Part shown: piece after piece, positions 1 through 8,873 of the stretch | Position numbering within the stretch: the first letter of the stretch is position 1 | Layout of the letters: each line of letters begins with the position of its first letter | Virus record (IMG/VR): IMGVR_UViG_3300030419_006251 | Span: 32,001 to 96,000 of that record | Strand: one strand, 5' to 3' | Length of the DNA stretch: 64,000 nt | Origin: a virus | Taxonomy: Duplodnaviria > Caudoviricetes | The notes under the pieces: model-generated | What the model was told of the DNA's origin: nothing | Databases searched by the model: none | What the model saw: only the letters and a program-made list of their open reading frames with translations | Program-made: the position numbers and the translations under genes

Positions 1-2096
1 CTAAGATCATAAACGGAATTCATCGTCTTGCGGTGATGCTTGATCAGTGCGCCTTCGGTATATTTCTTGGGAATCTCAACATAATTCGCCAATCCTCCCA
101 TGACCTCATATGGTTTGTCGTCCATGAGTCCAACTAATATTGTCCACTTTTCCCCTTTGATCGTGGTGTGGTGTATTCTGCATTCTAACTCTTTCGGCCT
201 GGAAGGTGCTGTGTGTTGTGGAAACAGTGCGTCAGTCTTGGTTTGAGTCACCAGAACTCCCGAGCGGGAACCGTCAACATAGACAGTAATTCCCTTGAGG
301 CCGCGGCGCCAACCTTCAAAATACAGATTTGATACGACTGCCGGATCTGTATCCTTTGGTAAGTTAATAGTTGAACTGATCGAATGATCGATAAACTTTT
401 GGATTGTAGCTTGTACTTCTATTCTGCGAAGCCAGTCGATCTGATCGCTTTCAACAAAAAAACTAGGCAATGTATCTGTGTCGTGTTCATTGATCCACTG
501 TTGAACATTGTGATGAAATACTGCATATTCTATCCATCGATCCCCCAGTTCGTCCACATAGTCAGGTTCAGTATCTGTCTCGTTGTGGGATAACTTTCTT
601 CGACGCGTATACTTGTTTCGAAATACTGGCTCTAGTCCCGAACTAGTTTGTGATAATATTGACACTGAACCTGTCGGAGCATTTGTCAAAATTGAAATAT
701 TTCTTCGACCCACTTGGCTCATAAGGGTTTGTATGTTTTGTGGCAAATTCTTAATGAATGCGTTATTACGCTCTTGCTGCCAGTTAAAAACTTCAAACGA
801 GCCTCGCTCTTCTGCCAGACGCGCACTCTCTAAATACGCCGAGTTTCTGAGTGTTTCGTAAATTTTTCCGATTACTGTGTTAGCTTTTTTGGAGTCGTAA
901 GCCAGATTCAAGCATGCAACTGCATCTGCGAGGCCGTGGGTACCCAGACCGGTTCTTCTGCCCGTCGCACACGCAGTCCGAAGTTTGAGCCACAGTTCTC
1001 TCTCGTCTGGAGTATCACATACTTCAATTATTTTATCTAATTTTTCTAGTTCAAGTTCTACCAAATCGTCTGATAGTCTCATTGCCATTGCGGCAACCTC
1101 GGACAACTTTGAAAAATCAAACTCAGCTTTTTTATTAAATTTGTTTTTGACAAAGCTCTTGAGATTAATGGAGATGAGCCGACAAGAATCGTGTGCCGAC
1201 AGGGGAATCTCTCCACAAGGATTAGTAGTGATCGTCTTAAAGCCTTGTTGTGCATATTCTTCTGCTGGTAGCGACTTGGTTATATTATCCCACATAAGCA
1301 GGCCGGGTTCTGCGGTTTTTGTAGCGGATTCCACAATAGAATCCCACAACTCCTTTGCTTGAACTTCTTTTGTGTGTGTTGGTTTGTCCGATCCAACGGG
1401 AAAATGCAGCGTAAATGTTCCGTCTTCTTCTACCGCCTTCATAAAACTGTCGCTTATCTTAACAGAGACATTTGCGCCGGTTACTTTAGTCAAGTCATGT
1501 TTCATAGTAATAAATTTTTCAATATCCGGATGACGGATATCCATAGTAATCATCAAGGCGCCGCGGCGGCCATTCTGACCTATCATCCTACAGATATACG
1601 AATAAAGATCGGCGAAAGACCACGCTCCAGTAGTAGTACCGGCAGAATTATTTACCGATGTTCCCTCTGGGCGCAAATCGCTAATATCAACACCGACGCC
1701 ACAACGACGCTTAAATAAATTAGCAAGATTTTTTCCGGAGTCAACAATTGAAGAGATGTTGTCTGCTGGTGATTCCACCACCACGCAATTTGATAAGGAT
1801 ACATTGACATAATTGTTTCCAATGCCCATCATGGGCGAACCTTGTGGCACGATATATCTAAAATTCTTAAGATATTCATAAATCTTGTCAACCGAGAGAG
1901 CGCGTTCGCTGTTAAAAGCTTGCTCGACCCTGGCAAACTCAGAAGCCATTCTTCTATGCATGTCGTCGGGCGTTTTTTCTACATACCTTCCTTTGTTATC
2001 TTTAAGGGCATACTTTGTCATCCAGACATTCGTTGCCAATTCATCATTCTCAAAATACTCTAAAGTTGCATCATGAACTTCTTTTTTACTATACAT
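1..2096 (-). CDS. nrdJ: Class II (adenosylcobalamin-dependent) ribonucleotide reductase, 3' end truncated by the window edge
   Basis: Absent from the ORF track. Manual translation from ATG at 2096 gives MYSKKEVHDATLEYFENDELATNVWMTKYALKD, with SLSNCVV, TTNPCGEIPL, RRTGLG, TNAPTGSVS and GLKGITVY motifs, and stays open to base 1. Confidence 0.88.
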   Translation of the reverse strand, partial: MYSKKEVHDATLEYFENDELATNVWMTKYALKDNKGRYVEKTPDDMHRRMASEFARVEQAFNSERALSVDKIYEYLKNFRYIVPQGSPMMGIGNNYVNVSLSNCVVVESPADNISSIVDSGKNLANLFKRRCGVGVDISDLRPEGTSVNNSAGTTTGAWSFADLYSYICRMIGQNGRRGALMITMDIRHPDIEKFITMKHDLTKVTGANVSVKISDSFMKAVEEDGTFTLHFPVGSDKPTHTKEVQAKELWDSIVESATKTAEPGLLMWDNITKSLPAEEYAQQGFKTITTNPCGEIPLSAHDSCRLISINLKSFVKNKFNKKAEFDFSKLSEVAAMAMRLSDDLVELELEKLDKIIEVCDTPDERELWLKLRTACATGRRTGLGTHGLADAVACLNLAYDSKKANTVIGKIYETLRNSAYLESARLAEERGSFEVFNWQQERNNAFIKNLPQNIQTLMSQVGRRNISILTNAPTGSVSILSQTSSGLEPVFRNKYTRRRKLSHNETDTEPDYVDELGDRWIEYAVFHHNVQQWINEHDTDTLPSFFVESDQIDWLRRIEVQATIQKFIDHSISSTINLPKDTDPAVVSNLYFEGWRRGLKGITVYVDGSRSGVLVTQTKTDALFPQHTAPSRPKELECRIHHTTIKGEKWTILVGLMDDKPYEVMGGLANYVEIPKKYTEGALIKHHRKTMNSVYDL

Positions 2097-3470
2097 TTAA
2101 TTATTTCCTGTCTTTTTAAAATCTTTATACTTTTCTTTTAATAATTTCGCTTGCTCTTTTGCGGAATTAGCCGCGATTTCACTTGGTGTTTCGCCCGTGG
2201 ATGGTAAAACCTTAATTTTTACCGTGGATGCGTCCATAAATATTGGGTAAACAACTCCGTCTGGTCCGAACCGATTTTTTGCCACAAAAACTCTGCCAGT
2301 GTTGTTGTTCTTGTCCTCGATCGTTCTAGATAACGAAAAAATAAAATCAGCAACAAAACACTTACTAAAGGCTTCGCTGATTGATTCCATTGTAATAACT
2401 TCTGCATTTAGGCCAGAACGGTTAGTTTGTGAAGCGGTCCACAGCGGACACTCTGTCTCTTGGGCGATTGCTCGTAAATCTTCGTAGATTGATTGCAAAT
2501 CGTGTCTCCTTTCTCTGTGTGGAGAGTTTGGTCTTAGAAGGTCTCCATAATCTACTATTATCATATCCACTTTAACATCCCTTTGTGCAAGCTTTTTTAA
2601 GTGATTGCGTATCGTGTTCGCACTAGCTGATTTAGTCGGATACTCTTTAATAATTAGTTTGCCCTGTATGTCTTGGACCTTTTCGTAGATTAATTCTTTA
2701 AAAGAAAAGAGGTTTCCTAAAGGTACACCCGTCATACAGCTATCATATCGATTACCAATACTCGCCTCTGACAACTCTAGAGTGTAATGTACTACTGTTT
2801 TGCCTGCCACTACAGCTTGGGCTCCCAAGTGAGTTAAGGCCATTGATTTTCCGGCTCCCGTAGGTGCGATTACAACACCAAGCTCGCCCCTTCCCAATCC
2901 ATTTTTGCAGATTTCGTCTATCTCGGTCCAGCCTGTCGAGATTGCATTTCTAGCCCTGACCTCAAATCTCGATTCAAAATCTTTAATATAGTCATGACCA
3001 TAGTCATTATCTACTCCCAAGCTTAGAGAATTATTAATAATCGTTGCAATCTCATCAAAAGATGATTCTTCTAAAAGGGGAACACATTTTATCATGGCGC
3101 CTTTCAAATTTTGTTTTCTGCAAAAATCGAGCGCGGTTTCTTTTATATATTCAGAACCATCAGTGACATCTTCTGTGTATATTCTGGCAAAATAGTCTCT
3201 GACCTGCATCTGCGTTGCTTCGTTATATTCTCCCAATTCGGTACGCAGAATTGTCGTCATCGTTTTAAGCGTCGGATGAACCTTGTACTTTTCCTTGTAG
3301 TTTATGATCTTCTCAACAAAGACTTGCAAGTATTTTAATTCGAAGTAGTTTATATCTAACACTTCACCAATCTGGTCCGCGAAGGGCCTATCTTGCAGAA
3401 TTAGTTGTGATAAGCCTTCTTGAAAAGACTTACCATATTTAGAAAAATCAACCGCCATAGCATGCCCCAT
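2097..3470 (-). CDS. dnaB: DnaB/gp41-like replicative helicase
   Basis: Walker A APTGAGKS, IIVDYGDLL, WTASQTNR and KNRFG motifs; AAGGAG SD upstream. Confidence 0.9.
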   Translation of the reverse strand: MGHAMAVDFSKYGKSFQEGLSQLILQDRPFADQIGEVLDINYFELKYLQVFVEKIINYKEKYKVHPTLKTMTTILRTELGEYNEATQMQVRDYFARIYTEDVTDGSEYIKETALDFCRKQNLKGAMIKCVPLLEESSFDEIATIINNSLSLGVDNDYGHDYIKDFESRFEVRARNAISTGWTEIDEICKNGLGRGELGVVIAPTGAGKSMALTHLGAQAVVAGKTVVHYTLELSEASIGNRYDSCMTGVPLGNLFSFKELIYEKVQDIQGKLIIKEYPTKSASANTIRNHLKKLAQRDVKVDMIIVDYGDLLRPNSPHRERRHDLQSIYEDLRAIAQETECPLWTASQTNRSGLNAEVITMESISEAFSKCFVADFIFSLSRTIEDKNNNTGRVFVAKNRFGPDGVVYPIFMDASTVKIKVLPSTGETPSEIAANSAKEQAKLLKEKYKDFKKTGNN

Positions 3471-3503
3471 GTATGCTCCTTAAATAAAATAGTGTGTATA
3501 ACA

Positions 3504-3532
3504 ATATTAACCCCTATGGCTTATCATGTCAA
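3504..3532 (-). promoter_or_regulatory. Sigma70-type promoter upstream of the helicase
   Basis: Minus strand TTGACA-17 nt-TAATAT in the intergenic region. Confidence 0.65.
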
Positions 3533-3545
3533 GCAGAAAATCTTC

Positions 3546-4325
3546 TCACAGCGACATTATTTTATCATAAGAATCCGTTTTGAGTTTCGACAACTTCTCT
3601 AAATAGCCGTTGCGTCTTAAAACTTTAAACGCTATATTTTCAGTAGAATATTCTCCACCTTGTTGAAGACCGCATTTTCTAAATTTCCGAAGCTTTTGTT
3701 TTAGACGATCTACATCAGAAACTGTTTCTCTATAATTCTCTTCTTCATAATCTCTCTCAATTATATCAATCTGGTTCATTATGTGTGCGGCCTTTACTTT
3801 AACATCATTATGATCAATTGTAAAGTCGCCGCGTTCTGGCTCGACCTCCCATTCGTTCTTTAACACCGAATAGACGCCAGTAGAGTGATGAACTTCATTT
3901 GAATCTTGTACATATAATTCAACTTCGTAGCCATGTATTTCAATATTGTGTTTATTGTTCCACATAGCACGACGAGCGTTCATCATAGCTTTTGTTATTT
4001 CTTCATCGCCAGGTAAAAGATTAAAATCTACTAAAATGTGCAAATCCACATCAGAATATACTGACCAGTTGTAGTTGGCAAGAGAGCCAGTAAAAGTTAT
4101 ATCATCAATCTTGACTGTAGGTAGTTCTATAGATTCCCAAAATTTACTGGCGATGTGCATCAAGCGTTCTCTTATACGGGGTTTTAATTTTTTATTTTGA
4201 CTCCATATATTTTCTTCTAATATATCATTAATTTTGAAACTTGAGGTATCAACTTTATTAGGATCAACACGCTCAGTTATTGGTGTGGTTGTAAACTTAG
4301 ACCAACTGTCGAGAAAAGCTTTCAT
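3546..4325 (-). CDS. Pol-beta superfamily nucleotidyltransferase, substrate unknown
   Basis: FTGSLANYNWSVYSDVDLHILVD (GS...DxD) plus third acidic strand GYEVELYVQD. Confidence 0.75.
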   Translation of the reverse strand: MKAFLDSWSKFTTTPITERVDPNKVDTSSFKINDILEENIWSQNKKLKPRIRERLMHIASKFWESIELPTVKIDDITFTGSLANYNWSVYSDVDLHILVDFNLLPGDEEITKAMMNARRAMWNNKHNIEIHGYEVELYVQDSNEVHHSTGVYSVLKNEWEVEPERGDFTIDHNDVKVKAAHIMNQIDIIERDYEEENYRETVSDVDRLKQKLRKFRKCGLQQGGEYSTENIAFKVLRRNGYLEKLSKLKTDSYDKIMSL

Positions 4326-6301
4326 TGCCCTTCCTTTATCCTCTCGGCTATTATTCTACTAAAAAGTTCTTCAAATTCTTCCTTTATAATCGGATCCAAT
4401 AATGATTGAACATACGGTGTGGCTCGCTGCTCCTGAAGAGGGTACCCGGGCGGAACTTGAATCCAATTTTGAGGATCTCTTAGGTTCTGAATCCTATCTC
4501 TTCGCGACGGCACTATATGTTGTTGAAACTGTTCCGGGTTGTCGAGATAAGCATTTAAAGTTTCTCTTTGCGCCAAATCTCTCGCATATTCATAAGCATC
4601 TCTCGGGTCAACGCCGGCGCTTGCTGCTCGCTGAAGCCATGCTCTATTTTCAGCTCCAAGTTGAGGATCTGATAGCCAATCATTCATGCTTGGAAAATCT
4701 GTCGCGCCGGCGATATCGTATACCACGCCGTCCGGAGTGGTTAGTCTTCCGTTCCTGTATTGCCCTGCTTCTCCAGACACTCCCGGGACATCGACAGTGG
4801 AGGTGCGTTGTTCTAAACTTGCTCGATCTTGCTCCTGTACTGACGCTAAATTTTCCGCATATTGCGGGGCATTAACTCTGGCCTGTAGTTCATATGCTTG
4901 GCCAACCGTCATACCGGGCGTAACGCCTACATCCTGCAAACTCTGTGGCACTTCTGTTATTTGAGAGTTCCATGCGGCTCGCATGTTACTGCCGCCGCGG
5001 CCCCAATTTCTTTGACGCTCGGCATCTAGATCTGCAGCGGTAGCGAGTGCTGCCAATTCTGGTTCACTTCGCATCCATGTTCTAAACTCCTGTTCGGACT
5101 CGTGGCTTGCGCTGACGCCGGCTCGTAGGTTATCACGAGTTGCGTTTCCAACAAAGCCATCGCCTTCCGGATTTGGAACTGCATTTGCAGCCCTCGTAGC
5201 CTCAGTGTTAACGCTTTGTCGGTATTCTTGCTCCAAGTGATCATCCGGGACTTCTACTCCTTCAATCGTGCGCGGCTGAATAACCTCTTGGGGAGGAGGT
5301 CGAGTAACTGTCACTTGACCACGATCACCAATCTCAACCTCTGGTCCTCCTTGCGTCGAACTAGTTCGGAAGTCACCCGGTAGGCCTCCCACATTGGCTA
5401 AGCGGTCTTCGACGGTTTCCGGAGAACCTAACATGGCTGCGGTCTGGGCCTGACTACGATCGAAGTCCGCCATTTGATTTACCAACGAGGCTCTTCTAGT
5501 AAGGTCGTGTCCGAGTTCCGGAGTTGGCATCTCTTCCGCAGCTGTGACACCCGCCTCGGCGGTCGATAGAGCACGCTCAGCGTCAGATCGATCGCTGGTC
5601 TTCCTGTTAATACTGTCAACCATGCTTACCGCATCTCGATAGCTCCTTCTGTCGGGAAAGTTAGCTCTGAGTGGGGCGTGACCTCCTTGGTCGGTGGCTG
5701 TAAAGAACAGAGGATTCTCTTCCCTAAATTGTTCTTCGGCCGGCGTTAATTCGCTTCTGGCTATAGTATCACTTGCTATTTCAGTATTAGTGCGCCCAAG
5801 GCCCAGCGTTCGATCTGCAAACTGTCTTAAGCCGGGAAGAGCATGTCCGAGAACCGGTATACTCTCATCATAATCTCTACTATATTCCGCATCGCGATAA
5901 GCCCTGTTGCGATCTACAACCTGCCCCTGTTCTGAAGAACGCCCAAACCCTTGTACAAACCTCTCGCCCGGGCCAAGTGACGAAACCGTGGTGCCATCGG
6001 GGCGCTCATAGTTATAGCCCGCGCGTTCCATGGCCGCTCTTTCTTCAGCGTCACGGGCCTCTCCTTCACGATTCCTTGCTTGCCTAGCCGTTCTACGAGC
6101 TAACTTTCTGGCGTGTCTGCGATCTGCGCGTTCACCTCGGCGCCTTCTGCGGCCGGCGCCTCGGGCCTCACGCTCATCGTCATCACTTACATATGTTGGT
6201 GTTTCTTCTGGTTCTGCAGATGCTGTGGCCTCCACCTCGGTGGCATCTTCTTGCTCATTTAGTAGTTTAAAGGCGCGCCATTCTTGGAATATGTCCTTCA
6301 T
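4322..6301 (-). CDS. Hypothetical 659-aa protein, probable internal head protein with an Arg-rich segment
   Basis: Long ORF overlapping its neighbours; N-terminal EWRAFKLLNE, RRRRRGERADRRHARK tract, C-terminal IIKEE. Confidence 0.6.
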   Translation of the reverse strand: MKDIFQEWRAFKLLNEQEDATEVEATASAEPEETPTYVSDDDEREARGAGRRRRRGERADRRHARKLARRTARQARNREGEARDAEERAAMERAGYNYERPDGTTVSSLGPGERFVQGFGRSSEQGQVVDRNRAYRDAEYSRDYDESIPVLGHALPGLRQFADRTLGLGRTNTEIASDTIARSELTPAEEQFREENPLFFTATDQGGHAPLRANFPDRRSYRDAVSMVDSINRKTSDRSDAERALSTAEAGVTAAEEMPTPELGHDLTRRASLVNQMADFDRSQAQTAAMLGSPETVEDRLANVGGLPGDFRTSSTQGGPEVEIGDRGQVTVTRPPPQEVIQPRTIEGVEVPDDHLEQEYRQSVNTEATRAANAVPNPEGDGFVGNATRDNLRAGVSASHESEQEFRTWMRSEPELAALATAADLDAERQRNWGRGGSNMRAAWNSQITEVPQSLQDVGVTPGMTVGQAYELQARVNAPQYAENLASVQEQDRASLEQRTSTVDVPGVSGEAGQYRNGRLTTPDGVVYDIAGATDFPSMNDWLSDPQLGAENRAWLQRAASAGVDPRDAYEYARDLAQRETLNAYLDNPEQFQQHIVPSRRDRIQNLRDPQNWIQVPPGYPLQEQRATPYVQSLLDPIIKEEFEELFSRIIAERIKEGQ

Positions 6302-6462
6302 TCTTCTTCATCCTCGCCGGCTTCAGGTAAATCTTCAAACGCATCTTCATCATCAAACATCTCCAGTACCGCATCTTCGACTTCGTATGTCGTGCCCTCG
6401 GTCTCCAAAGGTTTATGTTTTGGTGCGCAAGATAATATGAATAATAACAGTAAATAACGCAT
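6298..6462 (-). CDS. Small putative lipoprotein (54 aa) missing from the ORF track
   Basis: Manual translation MRYLLLLFILSCAPKHKPLETEGTTYEVEDAVLEMFDDEDAFEDLPEAGEDEEE; lipobox-like ILSC; ATGA overlap with the next gene; late motif just upstream. Confidence 0.65.
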   Translation of the reverse strand: MRYLLLLFILSCAPKHKPLETEGTTYEVEDAVLEMFDDEDAFEDLPEAGEDEEE

Positions 6463-6469
6463 GCTTTAA

Positions 6470-6478
6470 TAAATAGTT
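6470..6478 (-). promoter_or_regulatory. Putative late promoter motif
   Basis: AACTATTTA 7 nt before the ATG at 6462. Confidence 0.5.
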
Positions 6479-6519
6479 CCGCTTTATAGAAGATTCTCAT
6501 AAATTCTACTTTCAAGAAT

Positions 6520-6918
6520 TCACAGCGGCAGGTCCTCATCTTCTTCGACTTGTTTCACAAGCATCCAATCTTCGGAAGGTTGTTCAAGCTCAGGCTGCTT
6601 AGTATAGTCGACTGTTATTTCTTCATGGGGCATTATATCTACTAACGCAACCAAATGCCTTTCACCTCCATTCAATACGCTTTCGCAATTTGGCTGAGAT
6701 GAGTGGTTGTGATACCTGCCTAAATCCGTGGTTGGCGCCAGACGGCCTTGCTCACCTTGAGGCTGGTGCGCTATCCCAAGTACTGTGCCCTGCGGCATGT
6801 GCTCCCCTGAAAACACGCCCATGCCGTGTATGGGGGAAGGCGCCAAATATAAAGAAGTTTCGAATGTTGGGGCCGAAGTCTCTGAGAGAAACATTTTCCA
6901 TTTCTTGTGATAAGTCAT
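6520..6918 (-). CDS. SET-domain protein (putative lysine methyltransferase)
   Basis: SPIHGMGVF, GRYHNHSSQPNC and EEITVDY are the three canonical SET motifs. Confidence 0.88.
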   Translation of the reverse strand: MTYHKKWKMFLSETSAPTFETSLYLAPSPIHGMGVFSGEHMPQGTVLGIAHQPQGEQGRLAPTTDLGRYHNHSSQPNCESVLNGGERHLVALVDIMPHEEITVDYTKQPELEQPSEDWMLVKQVEEDEDLPL

Positions 6919-8330
6919 TTATACGCCCTCCTAACAGCATCGATGTATTTGCTCGACAGGTTATAGTTTTCTAGGTCTCTGATATCAACCATTTTATAGT
7001 CTACATGCTCGCTGCTTAAGCTTACCCTTTTTTGCGGCAATCGAGCCTTGTAATAGGTGTTTCTGCCTTGGGAATAAAGCTTTTCTGGGCGTCTCACCAT
7101 AAGTCCTGTTTCTTCCCAAACCTCTCTCTGAAGACCGTCTTGTGCGTCCTCGCCCTCAAGAATGTGGCCACCGGGAAGATCCCATTCGCCTGCGTGCTTT
7201 TTCAAATGTGCTGAACGCTTGAGTAGCAAAACTTTATTTCCGTCACATATAACCGCCTTTGCAATCTTGTTGCTGTCCACCTTCTTCTCCTCTTTTAAAT
7301 AGTTTCTCCATTTATCAAAAATAAGCTTTTCTGTAACCATTGGTCTTTCTGGCGTATCTGCCATCGCGATTGTGTTTAAAATATCGGCTAAATCCTGATC
7401 GCTCAAGCCGGGCTTTTTCATGGTGTTTATCAACTCTCCTAAGTCCCCACCCACTGCGGATCCGCGGACGGCTGGAAGATCTACACCTAATTTAAGCTTT
7501 TTCATATCCTGTCCGGTAAAGAAGGGCGTCGACCTTAAGCCTTGCTGGTGTTGCTTGTTATACAAAGCCCTTAATTGCAATATATCCGCATATGGCTCTG
7601 AGATTTGAAGAGCGTGGGGAAGGGCCGGCCCGGTTGGGCTTCGGCTGGATTCAGGATCAAAGCGATCAAGATTGAGGTCGGAAATGCCGGGAAATGCTAG
7701 CTCAAATTTATCTCTTTGGCGCCACGCTGCGGTGGCATGCGAATCTGATATTCTATCGCCGTGTTTTGTATATCTTCGCCTCTTTTCTCGCGCTTGACTG
7801 CTATCGCCCGGGTCGCCTTCTTGGCCGGAGCGTGCATCGATGACATGCGCCGTCTCATGGCCAAAGACTGGAGCAAATGGAAGGGACCGGGGCCAAGCAT
7901 TACTCGCCTGGAGGGTGGTTTCGTGCGGATTAAAGTCTATATACGGCTGGTGTCTCGGGCCCATGCGAATTCCGGACTTCCCGCCAGTAGCTCTAGCATC
8001 TATCCAGTTTTTAGCAGGATCTCTAACTTCAGGCTCTACTTCGAGTGCAGATTCAATACCCGGTAGAATCTCATTTTTGTAACGGTCAATTACCTCGTCG
8101 TCAGACAACTCGGGATACCTTTCCTTGATATCTTTGAGCCAAACTTGCGCACTGGCGCCGTGAGGTACCGACGGATCGTCTGAAATAGTGTAGGAATCTC
8201 TGTACATTTGTTGCTGAGCGGCCATAACCGCCTTTGCTTCATCTGTATACTCCATTCTATCCGGAAAGTCTGGTTCCAGCACTTCTCGCTCGGTTAAAAA
8301 TTCTCTCCATTTTTTATAATACTTGGTCAT
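6915..8330 (-). CDS. Fusion of a zincin-like HExxH domain and a C-terminal Nudix hydrolase
   Basis: HETAH at 7845-7859; exact Nudix box G-HILEG-E-DAQDGLQ-REVWEETGL. Confidence 0.8.
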   Translation of the reverse strand: MTKYYKKWREFLTEREVLEPDFPDRMEYTDEAKAVMAAQQQMYRDSYTISDDPSVPHGASAQVWLKDIKERYPELSDDEVIDRYKNEILPGIESALEVEPEVRDPAKNWIDARATGGKSGIRMGPRHQPYIDFNPHETTLQASNAWPRSLPFAPVFGHETAHVIDARSGQEGDPGDSSQAREKRRRYTKHGDRISDSHATAAWRQRDKFELAFPGISDLNLDRFDPESSRSPTGPALPHALQISEPYADILQLRALYNKQHQQGLRSTPFFTGQDMKKLKLGVDLPAVRGSAVGGDLGELINTMKKPGLSDQDLADILNTIAMADTPERPMVTEKLIFDKWRNYLKEEKKVDSNKIAKAVICDGNKVLLLKRSAHLKKHAGEWDLPGGHILEGEDAQDGLQREVWEETGLMVRRPEKLYSQGRNTYYKARLPQKRVSLSSEHVDYKMVDIRDLENYNLSSKYIDAVRRAYK

Positions 8331-8415
8331 TTTTAAAAATCAAAAATCTGAAAAATTAGCCTGCGAAAAAATTTCGGCATATGCCGATCATAGGATCGAA
8401 TTAGCTCACAGCTTT

Positions 8416-8859
8416 TTAGTCTCCTCCGTAAATTGCGTACAGTTCATCTGCCTCGCCATGTGGCTTGCATACCTGTTCGCCATATTTGTTCTTAACTTTT
8501 TCGCTTAGAGGGATAGCTTCGCCGTCGCCATCAATTCTAACGAATGTCATATCGGTCGTAAGCACTATTCTCTGAGAGCCGTTATATACACTGTGTCTTC
8601 TGGCCTCCAGACGAACAGTCATAGATCTGTTGCCAATCTTTTTCACCTTTCCATAAATCTTAATGATTTGTCCAGGTCGAACAGGCTTATTAAATACGAC
8701 CTCTGAAATTTTCTTTGTTACCATTCTCGGCGTGTCACATGCCTGACATGCAAAAATAGCGCCTGCCTCGTCAAGCCATGCAAGCATGGTGCCTCCAAAC
8801 AAATTGCCATGATAACCAACATTGGCAGCTTTGCAAAAGTGTGTCGATATTAATTCCAT
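8416..8859 (-). CDS. Hotdog-fold acyl-CoA thioesterase (YciA-like)
   Basis: NVGYHGNLFGGTMLAWLDEAG, FNKPVRPG and MTFVRID motifs. Confidence 0.85.
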   Translation of the reverse strand: MELISTHFCKAANVGYHGNLFGGTMLAWLDEAGAIFACQACDTPRMVTKKISEVVFNKPVRPGQIIKIYGKVKKIGNRSMTVRLEARRHSVYNGSQRIVLTTDMTFVRIDGDGEAIPLSEKVKNKYGEQVCKPHGEADELYAIYGGD

Positions 8860-8873
8860 ATAATTTCCTTATT

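Noticed and set aside
384-2076. Several + strand ORFs in the track
   Set aside because: All overlap the minus-strand RNR frame, which has clear catalytic motifs
6267-6539. 90-aa minus-strand ORF in the track
   Set aside because: Overlaps both neighbours; the alternative frame 6298..6462 gives a lipoprotein with proper coupling and an upstream motif
7296-7304. AACTATTTA inside the Nudix-fusion gene as an internal late promoter
   Set aside because: It simply encodes N-Y-L of the WRNYLKE motif and there is no suitable start downstream; likely coincidental
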